A DNA stretch of 64,000 nucleotides from an uncultured virus (IMG/VR IMGVR_UViG_3300012347_000246) (IMGVR_UViG_3300012347_000246), one strand, 5' to 3'; counted from the first letter of the stretch, positions 15,830-25,906 are shown. The notes: generated by a model from the sequence alone, not told the origin. Numbers and translations: made by a program.

Positions 15830-15858
15830 ATTGTATATTTATTTACCTTTCGTGTCAA
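15830..15858 (-). promoter_or_regulatory. Sigma70 promoter with overlapping TAAATA late motif
   Basis: TTGACA-17-TACAAT; spacer contains GTAAATAAATA. Confidence 0.8.
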
Positions 15859-15897
15859 CCACGAACTGTAATTTATTTACCTTTTTCTTAAATTTAT

Positions 15898-17034
15898 TTA
15901 TGATCCGAGATCATAAAACTTACTTGACAAGCGTTTAACGTTAGCATTTCCGGCCCACGTACCCAATTTGTGTTGTTGCGGCAATGTGTTCCAAAGATGC
16001 TCTATTCCAACTTTCCACGCATGCTTTGCAGCATCGCTATCTGGTAGTTTAAAAAACCACTGATCTCTCGGAGAGTGTATCAGTGACATCGGTTTAACCT
16101 GAAAGTCAACTGGTTTCCACCCCGGGTAAACAATGCTGTTTAATAGCTCTATTGTAAGCCATTTAACTTTTTTGTCAACCACTGTGCTGTTCATAAAGAT
16201 TCTTTCTTTATCCTGGCTCAGCCCTTCTGCTTTCTTTAAAAAGTTTTTAACTGCATGTCCTTGCTTGGTCAGCAACTTAACGCAGCTTGGATCCCAATAA
16301 AATAATTCATTGTGATCCCACTCATCATTCTTTGATTGTACAGCACTACTTACTGCATTGTCAACCGAGTCTGTGAATTTAAAGTAATAATTTTTTCCAA
16401 ACCCGTGTACCATTGGTTTTTCGAGCCCGTAAATGAATCCTACCCGTTTTCCACTTTCTATTAAACGCATCCAGTGCGGCACTGTTTGTTTAATTACTTG
16501 TTTTACTGCTGAATTAGGGTTAACAAAATTGTTTAACCCGTATACCCATTCACTTGCGGATTGCTTACTAAAATAATCTACAGTAGGCTGAGCAATGTCA
16601 ACTAATGTGTGCTGCATCCACGGCTGCTGCTGCTTTGCTACAGAAACCTTTGGTACCGCTACATTGTAAATCTCACCATTTAACCAATCTTCTTTGCTTC
16701 CAGTGGCAGCAAAGTTCACTAGACTTGCACATTCGTCTAGCCTAATGTTGTTGGTTACGAACGTATGTAGTATGTTGTCTGAGTCGCTACCACCGCTGTA
16801 CCACAAAACCAAATAATCGTATTTGTCTCGAAGCTGTTGGGCTCGTTCGCGATACAACTCTTCTAAACTCTCAATCGGTTCCACGGACCAGTCATGTAAC
16901 CCGAACTCCACATCATTAAAATGCCAACTAACTTTTTGATTAGTCCGGATACTAAATTCAATTGCTTCTAGCTTACTGTAGAACTTTACTAACCCTACTA
17001 GATAGTACCCAAATTTATCCTGCCTATTATTCAT
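15898..17034 (-). CDS. PP-loop protein, paralog 2
   Basis: LYRERAQQLRDKYDYLVLWYSGGSDS. Confidence 0.8.
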   Translation of the reverse strand: MNNRQDKFGYYLVGLVKFYSKLEAIEFSIRTNQKVSWHFNDVEFGLHDWSVEPIESLEELYRERAQQLRDKYDYLVLWYSGGSDSDNILHTFVTNNIRLDECASLVNFAATGSKEDWLNGEIYNVAVPKVSVAKQQQPWMQHTLVDIAQPTVDYFSKQSASEWVYGLNNFVNPNSAVKQVIKQTVPHWMRLIESGKRVGFIYGLEKPMVHGFGKNYYFKFTDSVDNAVSSAVQSKNDEWDHNELFYWDPSCVKLLTKQGHAVKNFLKKAEGLSQDKERIFMNSTVVDKKVKWLTIELLNSIVYPGWKPVDFQVKPMSLIHSPRDQWFFKLPDSDAAKHAWKVGIEHLWNTLPQQHKLGTWAGNANVKRLSSKFYDLGS

Positions 17035-18188
17035 AGCCCAATGTTATATACTTTTTCAAAATTCTTAAGCCCATAAGACAAGACTTTGTTACGTTTGTAC
17101 TCATCTGGTACTACTGCCCACATATGCTCTAATCCAGTACGCCAGTTCGCAATCTCGGCAGAATGTTCCGACATACCATAAAACCAATCGTCCCTGTAGG
17201 TAAAAACAATAGATATCGCTTTGAACTGATAGGGTTCAAGTTTCCACTTAGGGTACACAAGTTTATTAACCATATTTAAATCGAGCCATCGAACTTTTTT
17301 GTTAATAACTGTGAAGTTCCCAAACGCCTTGTCAACCCTGTTGTCGGTTAACCATTCCTCGTCTCCTGTGGCTGATTTTAAAAAATTTTTAATCACATGA
17401 GCCTGTTTAATCATTAACGGCACACAATCCGGGCTCCAATAAAACAACTCAACGTTTTCTCTAGGATCGTTATTACGCTGCACTTGCGGACTTACTACGC
17501 GGTCAAACATATCAAAGAATCGCACCTGATACCCAGACGACGACCAAGCAATACAAGGTTTATCAATTCCGTATATAAATCCAACTTTTTTACCACTGTC
17601 CATTAACTTTACCCATTCAGGGACTTTAAGTCTCGAGTCTTGACTAGTCATGCTGTAGGGATTAAAGAATGCGTTCATATTATACGCCCAGTCTATGGAT
17701 TTTTTATCTTTAAAGAAATCCATGGTATATGCTGGAACATCAACTAAGCGGTGTATTAACCAAGGTTGTTTAACCTTGACTTCTTCAATTTTCGGAACTG
17801 TTACTTTGTAAATTTCCGCATTTAATCTGTTTGTTTGGTTGCCAGTTGCTTCGTAGTTAACTGCTCCAACCACTTCGTCTAGTTTGATATTGTTATCAAC
17901 AAACGTATCCAAAATATTTGTGCTGTCGGCGCCGCCGCTGTACCACAAAACCAAATAATCGTATTTGTCACGAAGCTGTTGGGCTCGTTCGCGATACAAC
18001 TCATTCAATGACTGTGTAGGTTCTACCTTCCAATTGTATGCACTAAATGCCTGGTCGTTAAAGTTCCAATAAACTTTTGATTGGGTCTTTGCTGCAACCT
18101 CTAATGCCTCGACTTTGCTGTAGAATTTTAAATTATCAACAGTATAAAATCCGTAAGCATCTTGTCTTGATGTAGGTGTAAGGAACAT
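17031..18188 (-). CDS. PP-loop protein, paralog 3
   Basis: LYRERAQQLRDKYDYLVLWYSGGADS; start trimmed to avoid tRNA overlap. Confidence 0.8.
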   Translation of the reverse strand: MFLTPTSRQDAYGFYTVDNLKFYSKVEALEVAAKTQSKVYWNFNDQAFSAYNWKVEPTQSLNELYRERAQQLRDKYDYLVLWYSGGADSTNILDTFVDNNIKLDEVVGAVNYEATGNQTNRLNAEIYKVTVPKIEEVKVKQPWLIHRLVDVPAYTMDFFKDKKSIDWAYNMNAFFNPYSMTSQDSRLKVPEWVKLMDSGKKVGFIYGIDKPCIAWSSSGYQVRFFDMFDRVVSPQVQRNNDPRENVELFYWSPDCVPLMIKQAHVIKNFLKSATGDEEWLTDNRVDKAFGNFTVINKKVRWLDLNMVNKLVYPKWKLEPYQFKAISIVFTYRDDWFYGMSEHSAEIANWRTGLEHMWAVVPDEYKRNKVLSYGLKNFEKVYNIGL

Positions 18189-18191
18189 TGT

Positions 18192-18283
18192 TGGTAGGAG
18201 TGGCCGGAATCGAACCGACATTGGCCAATTATCTGTTGCACACGGGATATAAATCCGCTGTTTTACCGTTAAACTACACTCCC
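18192..18283 (-). tRNA. tRNA-Ile(TAT) with long variable region
   Basis: GCGGA-TTTATAT-CCCGT; ~21-nt variable region; CCA. Confidence 0.7.
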
Positions 18284-18343
18284 ACTAAATCAGTGAGTTA
18301 TATGTATTCGTTTAAAAGTAAAATGATTCATATCTTTAAAATT

Positions 18344-18429
18344 TGGTGCGACTGGCCGGAATCGAACCGGCACGCCATTACAGCGTCAGATTTTAAGTCT
18401 GATGTGGCTACCAATTACACCACAGTCGC
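18344..18429 (-). tRNA. tRNA-Leu(TAA)
   Basis: Long variable arm, CCA. Confidence 0.95.
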
Positions 18430-18440
18430 ATAAGTTTTCT

Positions 18441-18469
18441 ATTATAGCTGGTAAGTTTATTTATGTCAA
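18441..18469 (-). promoter_or_regulatory. Consensus sigma70 promoter
   Basis: TTGACA-17-TATAAT. Confidence 0.85.
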
Positions 18470-18489
18470 CTTGCCTAGCATTTTTATTT

Positions 18490-18567
18490 TGGTGCGACTG
18501 GAGGGACTCGAACCCCCGACCTACTGGGTAGAAGCCAGCTGCTCTAATTCCACTGAGCTACAGTCGC
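18490..18567 (-). tRNA. tRNA-Arg(TCT)
   Basis: Cloverleaf, CCA. Confidence 0.95.
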
Positions 18568-18572
18568 ATGTT

Positions 18573-18648
18573 TGGTGCGCCCACTTGGATTTGAACCAAG
18601 GGCCAAAGGATTATGAGTCCTCTGCTCTTACCGCTGAGCTATAGGCGC
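18573..18648 (-). tRNA. tRNA with CAT anticodon, probably Ile2 (lysidine type)
   Basis: GACTCATAATC arm resembles bacterial ileX-type tRNAs. Confidence 0.85.
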
Positions 18649-18685
18649 GAATACTTATTTACACAAATTGTAGCATAAAAATCTA

Positions 18686-19435
18686 TTAGGTCAAGTTCTC
18701 TTTTAGAAATTTTTTAACTCTCTCTTTTGACCTGTTAGCAGCATCGCCGTTGGGTTCATATCGGCAGGTTGCCCCAAAGTAACAACGGGCCGCGCCAGTA
18801 AGATGACCATCGAACATGTGATGTGCATTTTGGTAAAAGTAAAACTCTACTTTACTAAAGTTTTTTGATTGGGCCAAATCCTGGCACTGCGAAACAGGGG
18901 CCCACTCATCTGCTGTTCCAATATGCACTTGTATTGGCACAGGCACCGGAGCATTATCTTTAATAAAAATACAATTAGGATAGTAGGATATCGCTCCATT
19001 GAATACCGGGCGATCATTTACTGTGTTTGCTAGCAGTGCCGTTAGCCCGCCCACCGAAAACCCAATAACTACTATTTTTCCATTGCTCCACTGTTGTTGT
19101 TTTACCCAGGTCCCGGCACTTTGAACGTCTGATACAGCATCAAACGAATATCGTGCGGTTTTGTTGGTCCCGCATATTGATGAATACCCACGAGAAGAAA
19201 AAGAATCTACAATAATTGTATTGTATCCTAGATCTGCGATGTAGGATGCCCAGTTGCGATAGTGTTGCCCTTGCGGACCATCGCACCCATTTAGAACTAG
19301 CACGGTGCCACGCTTTACATCTTCGTTGACATTTAGTGTTAGATGCGCCGTGTGACCGTTATTTGGCACTGGTACTGATACTGTAGAGCAGCCAGCAAGT
19401 AATGCACTTAACAGTAACCCAAAAAGTTTTGTCAT
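18686..19435 (-). CDS. Dienelactone hydrolase-family lipoprotein
   Basis: LAGC lipobox; GFSVGG nucleophile elbow; GTADE; AHHMFD. Confidence 0.85.
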   Translation of the reverse strand: MTKLFGLLLSALLAGCSTVSVPVPNNGHTAHLTLNVNEDVKRGTVLVLNGCDGPQGQHYRNWASYIADLGYNTIIVDSFSSRGYSSICGTNKTARYSFDAVSDVQSAGTWVKQQQWSNGKIVVIGFSVGGLTALLANTVNDRPVFNGAISYYPNCIFIKDNAPVPVPIQVHIGTADEWAPVSQCQDLAQSKNFSKVEFYFYQNAHHMFDGHLTGAARCYFGATCRYEPNGDAANRSKERVKKFLKENLT

Positions 19436-19475
19436 ACTCTACTGTAGCACAACTTTGATTTTTACTGTTGTATAA

Positions 19476-20225
19476 TTACAACACTCTATGGAAATCTTTG
19501 TCAAGCCACAGTGTAACTAAATCTGTTTGCTTTACATAATTGTGTACGTTTAGGCTTTCTTTTGCACGATCGCTAATAACATTAAGTTCCGCTAGCGTAT
19601 GCCACGTTGTTGTTTTAGGGTCCAGTGGTTCACTTGCTTTGTAGACTGCTGCATATATCCACGGCTCATTTTGCGGCCTATAAAAATATGCATCTCTGCA
19701 ATCAAACCCATTTGCACCTAACATGTACATGAGATTCACAATGTCGTAATTATGATATGCCCCATTGTGGCTGTTGACTTGTATTTTGTTGTACTGATAG
19801 AATGTAGATACCGGAATACTTAATACCAACATACCATTGAGGTTCATTTGTTGATTCCAATACTTGAGTGTTTGCATTGGATTTACAGCATACTGAAAAC
19901 TATCGTGACTCCACAGCAAATCGCATTTACGTGGAATTACAATGTCGTCTTCAAAGTCTTTTTGAAATAGATGCACGTTTGGTAGTGCAGCAACATCAGC
20001 GTCAACTTGTGCTATGTTTGTGTCAACTCCATAGACAAGATAGTTACGTGGTTCGGGAGGATCTTCTCTTGAAGCAAGTGTTGCCCACCACTTTACATCT
20101 AGGCCAGAGCCGCACCCAAAGTCTGCTACAACGTTTATACTGTCAAGAAAACTATCATACTCGTATAGTAGGTTTAAAACGTTTTGACTATGGGCGTGAC
20201 TATCATGTGGATTCTTAAACGCCAT
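19476..20225 (-). CDS. Class I SAM-dependent methyltransferase
   Basis: VADFGCGSG motif. Confidence 0.8.
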   Translation of the reverse strand: MAFKNPHDSHAHSQNVLNLLYEYDSFLDSINVVADFGCGSGLDVKWWATLASREDPPEPRNYLVYGVDTNIAQVDADVAALPNVHLFQKDFEDDIVIPRKCDLLWSHDSFQYAVNPMQTLKYWNQQMNLNGMLVLSIPVSTFYQYNKIQVNSHNGAYHNYDIVNLMYMLGANGFDCRDAYFYRPQNEPWIYAAVYKASEPLDPKTTTWHTLAELNVISDRAKESLNVHNYVKQTDLVTLWLDKDFHRVL

Positions 20226-20463
20226 GTTTTAATACTTCGAATATAAGTTTTTCTTGTAGTCTGTTTAGCTTAGGGGCGAGTATTTTGCAAGTTTCTGCAA
20301 TCTCTTCTTCTGTGCCCCATGCAATTAGATTGTTTAGCTTCCCTGCTATTATTTCACACTGGTCTTTTTCCAGTCTAAAATCTACTGCATTGTGTTTTGG
20401 GCGGGCCCGCATACACAAATAAAATTCGTTTAATAAATCTATTGCGTGTGCTCTAATGTCCAT
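20215..20463 (-). CDS. Hypothetical protein
   Basis: TAATG coupling to the upstream gene; MDIRAHAIDLL... Confidence 0.6.
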   Translation of the reverse strand: MDIRAHAIDLLNEFYLCMRARPKHNAVDFRLEKDQCEIIAGKLNNLIAWGTEEEIAETCKILAPKLNRLQEKLIFEVLKHGV

Positions 20464-20921
20464 TATTGACTGATGACAATATCTTCCATGCCCGCGGTTC
20501 TTAATCGCACAACATGGCCCATCATGAAGTTTTTGCTTTCTAGGCCTTTCATGACGCCTAGCCATTTATTTCTGAGTAATGCTACTTCGTTAATAATGGT
20601 TTCAAAATCAACTACTTCATCTTCGCCATCTACGTACTTTTCAGCATCTCTTGAAGTTAGTGCCCTTTGATACGCTTCAAGATACTTTTGAAAGTGTTTG
20701 CGTCGAATCTTGCGTAGTTGTATATTGAGGTAGTTTAGCACTGCCTCAATCTCTTGTAGTTGATTGAAGCGATGCTCAGTAATACCCGGAAGATTACTAG
20801 CAGCACGTTCTACATTACCGCGAATGTTTATTTCTCCCTTTGCGGTGAGAAGCTCACGTTCGTAATAATCAATGAACCCAGGAATCTCGCCCAGGTTAGC
20901 CACTATCTTGTTATACCACAT
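20463..20921 (-). CDS. uvsY: UvsY-like recombination mediator
   Basis: Helical protein, LTSRDAEKYVDGE; close to uvsX. Confidence 0.7.
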   Translation of the reverse strand: MWYNKIVANLGEIPGFIDYYERELLTAKGEINIRGNVERAASNLPGITEHRFNQLQEIEAVLNYLNIQLRKIRRKHFQKYLEAYQRALTSRDAEKYVDGEDEVVDFETIINEVALLRNKWLGVMKGLESKNFMMGHVVRLRTAGMEDIVISQ

Positions 20922-20923
20922 GC

Positions 20924-21154
20924 TTAGTTTTCGTAGTCAGTGTAATCTTCGTCTTCGTCGTACTCACTTGAGTACTCTTTGAATGCTCTGCTTAATGCAG
21001 CATCCGTGCTTGCAAATTCTTTAAGGTCTAGATCGTTTAAAACGTCGACCATAATACTCATCAAGTTGTCAGCAACCTCTTGCCTGTCCTTTTGTGAGAT
21101 GTACTGTTTCATGGTAGTGTACACTTCACTTAGTACTTCAACTTCAATACTCAT
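20924..21154 (-). CDS. Small acidic hypothetical protein
   Basis: Operonic ORF. Confidence 0.7.
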   Translation of the reverse strand: MSIEVEVLSEVYTTMKQYISQKDRQEVADNLMSIMVDVLNDLDLKEFASTDAALSRAFKEYSSEYDEDEDYTDYEN

Positions 21155-22082
21155 TTGATTTCCTTAACCTTGTTAATTGAACTATTTTTCGTTCCATCTT
21201 TAGCCCGGCGCATGCAAATACACATAACGGCCTTGGCTGGGTATTTATTTCGTTTGCAATGTCTAGTTGTTCAGTTTCTTGTATAGTATCAAACCCAATT
21301 GGTTCAAATCTATCATCAAACGGATCAAAATGACAGCACAACGTATACTTGCCACTTGCTGTAATATATAGTCCTGGCGCCTCTAGGTGGGCACAATTCT
21401 TTGTTGTTAGTTTTCGTTCAGGCGTTACTCTAAAGTTAAAGGTACTATCTTTACTCCAGGGCTCTAACATATATTGCTCGCCTGTTTGATAATTGTACGC
21501 TGTTTCAACGTTACGCACACCCTCGATTAGTTCAAAATCATCGAATCCCAATTCTTTAGCCATTTTAATGCAGGCATTGAGTTGATGTTCGTTATGCTTA
21601 AAGGGGATAAACTGCCAAACTGCGTGACCACCAGCTTGAATGAAGGCTGTGGCGTTTGCAATTATTTTGTTAAAGTCTGTGCCTTGGCGGTATATCTCAT
21701 GCACACCTGCTAGCCCGTCGATACCAAACCACACTTTGTGATTTACGTTTGCTAACTTTTGTCCCATCTCGGTCCACCATTCAGTGTTACGTAAACTACC
21801 GTTAGTGTGTATCTGGATGTACTGAACTTTAGGTGCTACCCACTCTAATATTTCATTTAGTTCAGGATGAATTGCAGGATCGCCGTAGCGACCACAGAAC
21901 TGAATGTCACGTAAGTTTGGCAACGCTTCAACTGCTGCCTTTAACTTGTTTACATCTAGATTCTGTGGTACTAGGTTATCTTTGAGACCGTAACCGTTTT
22001 TGTTCCGAGCACAGCTAGGACACCAAGCATTACATTTTGAGCTTAACTCAACGTGTAAGCTCTTGATGTCCTTTAACAGCAT
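21144..22082 (-). CDS. Radical SAM protein
   Basis: CNAWCPSC, GDP, HTNG, FGIDG. Confidence 0.9.
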   Translation of the reverse strand: MLLKDIKSLHVELSSKCNAWCPSCARNKNGYGLKDNLVPQNLDVNKLKAAVEALPNLRDIQFCGRYGDPAIHPELNEILEWVAPKVQYIQIHTNGSLRNTEWWTEMGQKLANVNHKVWFGIDGLAGVHEIYRQGTDFNKIIANATAFIQAGGHAVWQFIPFKHNEHQLNACIKMAKELGFDDFELIEGVRNVETAYNYQTGEQYMLEPWSKDSTFNFRVTPERKLTTKNCAHLEAPGLYITASGKYTLCCHFDPFDDRFEPIGFDTIQETEQLDIANEINTQPRPLCVFACAGLKMERKIVQLTRLRKSNEY

Positions 22083-23170
22083 TACTCAGCGGCTACAGAA
22101 TCTTCTTCAGGTGCATCTTCAGCAGATGACTTTTTATCGAAGATATGTGGATTAGCAGTAATGTCTTTCATCACTGTGTCTAAACAACCGTCATCATTAC
22201 GTTCCCATGCTTTGCGGAACTTCTTGATAATCTCGCCTTCAGTTGTTGTGTAAACAAGACTATTGCCTTCTTTCTTCAACAGCTCTTTGGCTTCAATCAA
22301 ATCAGTTAGGCCCGAGTATGGGTTCATACCTGTTTCGTATGGAATCTTAACTTGAACACTTTCAAAAGGTTTAGCATAACGTGTCTTCATGATCTTACAT
22401 GCAGCACGAATACCTTTTACTTCTGAAATCTTGTTTCCGTCTTCATCTTCTTTCAGCTTGAGCTTACGCATAGCAACTACAATAGAGCTAGCGTAGATAA
22501 AGCCTTGACCACCAGAGATCTTGTCATCAGGGTCAAACATGTCTTGACTTGCGTAGGTGTGGTTTGTAGCCACCAAGCCAATGTTTAGATCGCCAAACAT
22601 GTTTACACAGTTACGAACAAGTGCTGTAAGTGCTTTAGGCTTACGACCCAAGTCACCTTTCAAATCACCAGCAGTAAACTGGTTAACGTCTGTTGGAGTT
22701 AGCAACATGCCTAGCGAGTCAAGTACAAACAAGACCTTTGGTCGTTGATCTTCTGGTAGTGTTTTGTATTCTTTAACGAACTCGCTAATCATTTTAGCAA
22801 CGTCATCAATCATTGCCATGTTTAGCTTTAGTAGCTTGTCGTCACTAGTATCTACGCCGAGGGCGTGGAGCCATGCTTCGTCAAGTGCGTTCTCAGTATC
22901 AATGAGAATAGGATAAATGCCCTGTTCCTGTGCATTCTTGACCAAGTTACCCGAACATATGTAGGACTTACCAGCGCCTGACTCTCCAGCAAACACTGTA
23001 ACCTTTCCCATCGGTATACCACGGTTAAAATCCCCGCTAATAAGGTAGTTAAGAGCGAAGTTGTTTGTCGAGATCCAGTCTGTTGGATCGTTAAATCCAA
23101 TGCTGATCCCATCAATGCTTTTTGTAATGCTTTTACGAAATTTACTTACGTCGAATGGTTTTGTTGCCAT
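22082..23170 (-). CDS. uvsX: RecA-like recombinase UvsX
   Basis: AGESGAGKS Walker A; IDTENA; LDSLG; ISGG. Confidence 0.95.
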   Translation of the reverse strand: MATKPFDVSKFRKSITKSIDGISIGFNDPTDWISTNNFALNYLISGDFNRGIPMGKVTVFAGESGAGKSYICSGNLVKNAQEQGIYPILIDTENALDEAWLHALGVDTSDDKLLKLNMAMIDDVAKMISEFVKEYKTLPEDQRPKVLFVLDSLGMLLTPTDVNQFTAGDLKGDLGRKPKALTALVRNCVNMFGDLNIGLVATNHTYASQDMFDPDDKISGGQGFIYASSIVVAMRKLKLKEDEDGNKISEVKGIRAACKIMKTRYAKPFESVQVKIPYETGMNPYSGLTDLIEAKELLKKEGNSLVYTTTEGEIIKKFRKAWERNDDGCLDTVMKDITANPHIFDKKSSAEDAPEEDSVAAE

Positions 23171-23191
23171 ATTTTGTTCCTTGAAATAGAA

Positions 23192-23254
23192 AAGCCAAGT
23201 ACGGGGCCTGACGCAGTTTATCTATCTGCCGGCTTTTATCTTCGTACTTGGCTT
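23192..23254. other. 12-bp intergenic stem between gp32 and uvsX
   Basis: aagccaagtacg / cgtacttggctt. Confidence 0.6.
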
Positions 23255-23262
23255 AATGCAGA

Positions 23263-24267
23263 TTACTGCTTACGGTTGCGAATCATCGCTAGGATGTCTT
23301 CCGCACGTTGGCTGCTTGGCTTTGCTGCTGCTGGAGCAACAGGTTCATCTGCTGCTGGTGCATCGGCTTCCCAAGGCTCAGGTTCTGCTGCTGCTGGCGC
23401 TGCTGGTGCTGCCACTGCTGGACGAGCTTGTGCAACAGGTTTAGCTGCTGCTTCGTCACCAGTAGAACCAGTGCCTGCTTGCAAGCCTGCTGGCTTGAAG
23501 TAGTTGGCCCAACGATCTGCATCGTATGGTTGACCATCAACAGATGCTTCGAACATCTCTTTGATAACCTTCAACGCAGTTTCATCTGGCTTCTTAGGCA
23601 AGAAGTCGCTCAAGTTGTACAGACCATGCTGTTCAATTGCTGCTGCTTCGTCTGCTGTAAGAGCAGATTCTTTACGGCTCCAGCTAGATGTGCTGTAATC
23701 AGCGTAACCACCTTTGCTAGTTTTCTTGACAGAGAAGTCAAGACCAGCTTGGTAGTCAGTTGGCATACTATCCATTTCAGGATCCAACAATGCATTACGC
23801 ACCAAGTTGAAAATCTGTGGGCTGATGATGAATCGACGGATCGGGTTCTCTGGATTCTTGTCATCATTTAGTGGATTGTCGCGAACGAAACCTTGGAACA
23901 AGTAGCTTTTCTTTTTCCAGTACTTGCGACCCATTTCTTCCAAGTTAGGGTCCTTAAACCAAGTGCGAACTTCTGCAAGGATCGGGCAAGCGTCACCGTA
24001 CATTTCAACGCAAGGTACTTGCACGATAACTGGTTTGCTATCTGCTTGACCTTTGATGCCAGCAAAAGGCAACTTGATCATAAGTCTTTCGACCCAGAAG
24101 AAGTCATTTTTTGTGTTTGCATCAGGAAGGAATCTTACGCGAGCTGTGGTGTTTTCTGGAATGTTCCAGTGAGCGTAAACGGCGCTGTCGCCTTGTGGTC
24201 GATTACCGCCAGTGCGGTTCTCTTGAGCTTGTAGTTTTGCACGAATTTCTGCTAATGTCATTGCCAT
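23263..24267 (-). CDS. gp32-like single-stranded DNA-binding protein
   Basis: VRFLP, CP, YWKK, GYADYSTS; low-complexity tail. Confidence 0.9.
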   Translation of the reverse strand: MAMTLAEIRAKLQAQENRTGGNRPQGDSAVYAHWNIPENTTARVRFLPDANTKNDFFWVERLMIKLPFAGIKGQADSKPVIVQVPCVEMYGDACPILAEVRTWFKDPNLEEMGRKYWKKKSYLFQGFVRDNPLNDDKNPENPIRRFIISPQIFNLVRNALLDPEMDSMPTDYQAGLDFSVKKTSKGGYADYSTSSWSRKESALTADEAAAIEQHGLYNLSDFLPKKPDETALKVIKEMFEASVDGQPYDADRWANYFKPAGLQAGTGSTGDEAAAKPVAQARPAVAAPAAPAAAEPEPWEADAPAADEPVAPAAAKPSSQRAEDILAMIRNRKQ

Positions 24268-24347
24268 GATGTATTTCCTTTATTAATAATTTAAGATGGT
24301 CTTTATATGTGCCTAATCATATAACAGCACAGTGGCTAGTATATGAT
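24268..24347 (-). promoter_or_regulatory. Putative gene-32-type autoregulatory pseudoknot and AU-rich operator
   Basis: ATCATATA/TATATGAT stem; loop TGTGCT pairs with downstream GGCACA. Confidence 0.55.
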
Positions 24348-24368
24348 AAAGTATTTACCTAAGTCAAA

Positions 24369-24395
24369 AGAAAAGGCACAAAAATTTGTGCCTTT
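24369..24395 (-). terminator. Intrinsic terminator
   Basis: AAAGGCACAAA/TTTGTGCCTTT followed by T tract. Confidence 0.7.
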
Positions 24396-24414
24396 GGTGA
24401 AACGTTTTTTGGCG

Positions 24415-25881
24415 TTATCTTACTAAGCCTGCTAGGCGTTTCATAAAGTCTAACGGATCCGTAGACTCAGCTACAGGCGGCTGCACTTGTTGGTCTGTGC
24501 CAGGTGCCGCCACTTGCTGTTGCGGCTGTTGGGTTGGTACCGGGCTTTGTGTTGCTGGTGTTGGTTGGGCAGGAGCTTGCGACTGAGCCAATTTTGCTTC
24601 AATGCGGCTAGCAACAATCTTCATACCATTTTGTTTCATCCAGCTCAGTACTAGTTGACGAGCATCAGCATCCGGTCCTTGCTCTTGCGAAAACTTTGTT
24701 AATTCTTGATCTAATCCGTCATTGTTAAACAAACGAATTAGAGCATGTCTTGCATCCACCCCGTCTTGGCCTACACGCAATGCAGTTGCCATAATTTTTT
24801 CTAACTCGGCGTACTCTTGATCTTGTGTCTCAAACGCATCTTCGGAGATTTCGTTTGCCCAGTTTTCAAAGTCTTCGCCCATCGGAGTATGAATACGTTC
24901 TTGACGATTCTTGTAGGCTTTGTACACATATGGCAACGCATCAGTGAAACGATCATCATAGATCTTCTTAACAAAGCGTTCACGTAGTGCATCAACATCC
25001 ACTTCTTCTTCAATATCGTGCGATGGTACATATTCTTGTTTATATGTGCCGTATCCTCTGCGGCCACCTAAGTGCTTTAGCTTGTTCTTTAGTTCGCCGT
25101 AACGCTCAACTGCACTCTTTGCCATTTCGTCTGTTTCGGCGTCTTCGAATTGGCGGCGTTTAGCTTCACGAACAAAGTGAGCCATGGCTCCCATTTCTTT
25201 GCCCATTTCCATAATACCACAGCCCAACTCATCATCAACTGTGCCACCTTCGCTAACGTGGCGTGCCATTGCACGGGCAACGTGTAGGTTTTTAGTGTCT
25301 AGTAAGCGGCGTTCGCCTACATGGTTTTCAATAAACACGGATTCAATCTTGCGGCTACGATCGCCACGTTTCTCATCACTTACATTGTCACTGTGACGTA
25401 CAATAATACGTGCCGGGCCCATTTCTTGATAGCTGCTGCGAGTTGTGCCCCACATACGGCTTTCAGTAACGGCTGCGGTAACATCAGTGTCAACAAACGT
25501 ACCATCTGCTTTACTTTGTTGCTTGATATCGCGAATGTCCAAATTGCTCTTGTTAATATCACGTACATCAAACTTCATAAGGTTGCCACGGGCAAACTTA
25601 CGGATGTTCTTTAAGAATTCAAACCATTGTTCTTGTTGAGTATCATCAAGTTGGTCTGTGATGTTCTTGCTAAAGTAAACTTTAAGACCATCATCGTCAA
25701 CAATACTCATAGTAACGTTGCCGTAGTTTTTACCATTTGAATCAATGTAATCAAAGTTGAAAAAACGGGCCTTAGATGGATCGTTTGTACGTTTGGCGTT
25801 TTCGTCGCCTAAGTTCACGTTCTCAAAACGAGTACGGATCTTGTCAAATAAATTTTCTGCAATTTTGTCTAATTCACGCAT
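24415..25881 (-). CDS. Hypothetical, probably virion/head-associated protein
   Basis: Long ORF after terminase with TAAATA upstream; C-terminal KRLAGL. Confidence 0.75.
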   Translation of the reverse strand: MRELDKIAENLFDKIRTRFENVNLGDENAKRTNDPSKARFFNFDYIDSNGKNYGNVTMSIVDDDGLKVYFSKNITDQLDDTQQEQWFEFLKNIRKFARGNLMKFDVRDINKSNLDIRDIKQQSKADGTFVDTDVTAAVTESRMWGTTRSSYQEMGPARIIVRHSDNVSDEKRGDRSRKIESVFIENHVGERRLLDTKNLHVARAMARHVSEGGTVDDELGCGIMEMGKEMGAMAHFVREAKRRQFEDAETDEMAKSAVERYGELKNKLKHLGGRRGYGTYKQEYVPSHDIEEEVDVDALRERFVKKIYDDRFTDALPYVYKAYKNRQERIHTPMGEDFENWANEISEDAFETQDQEYAELEKIMATALRVGQDGVDARHALIRLFNNDGLDQELTKFSQEQGPDADARQLVLSWMKQNGMKIVASRIEAKLAQSQAPAQPTPATQSPVPTQQPQQQVAAPGTDQQVQPPVAESTDPLDFMKRLAGLVR

Positions 25882-25906
25882 GGGTTAAACCTGTCTATTT
25901 GTATAT

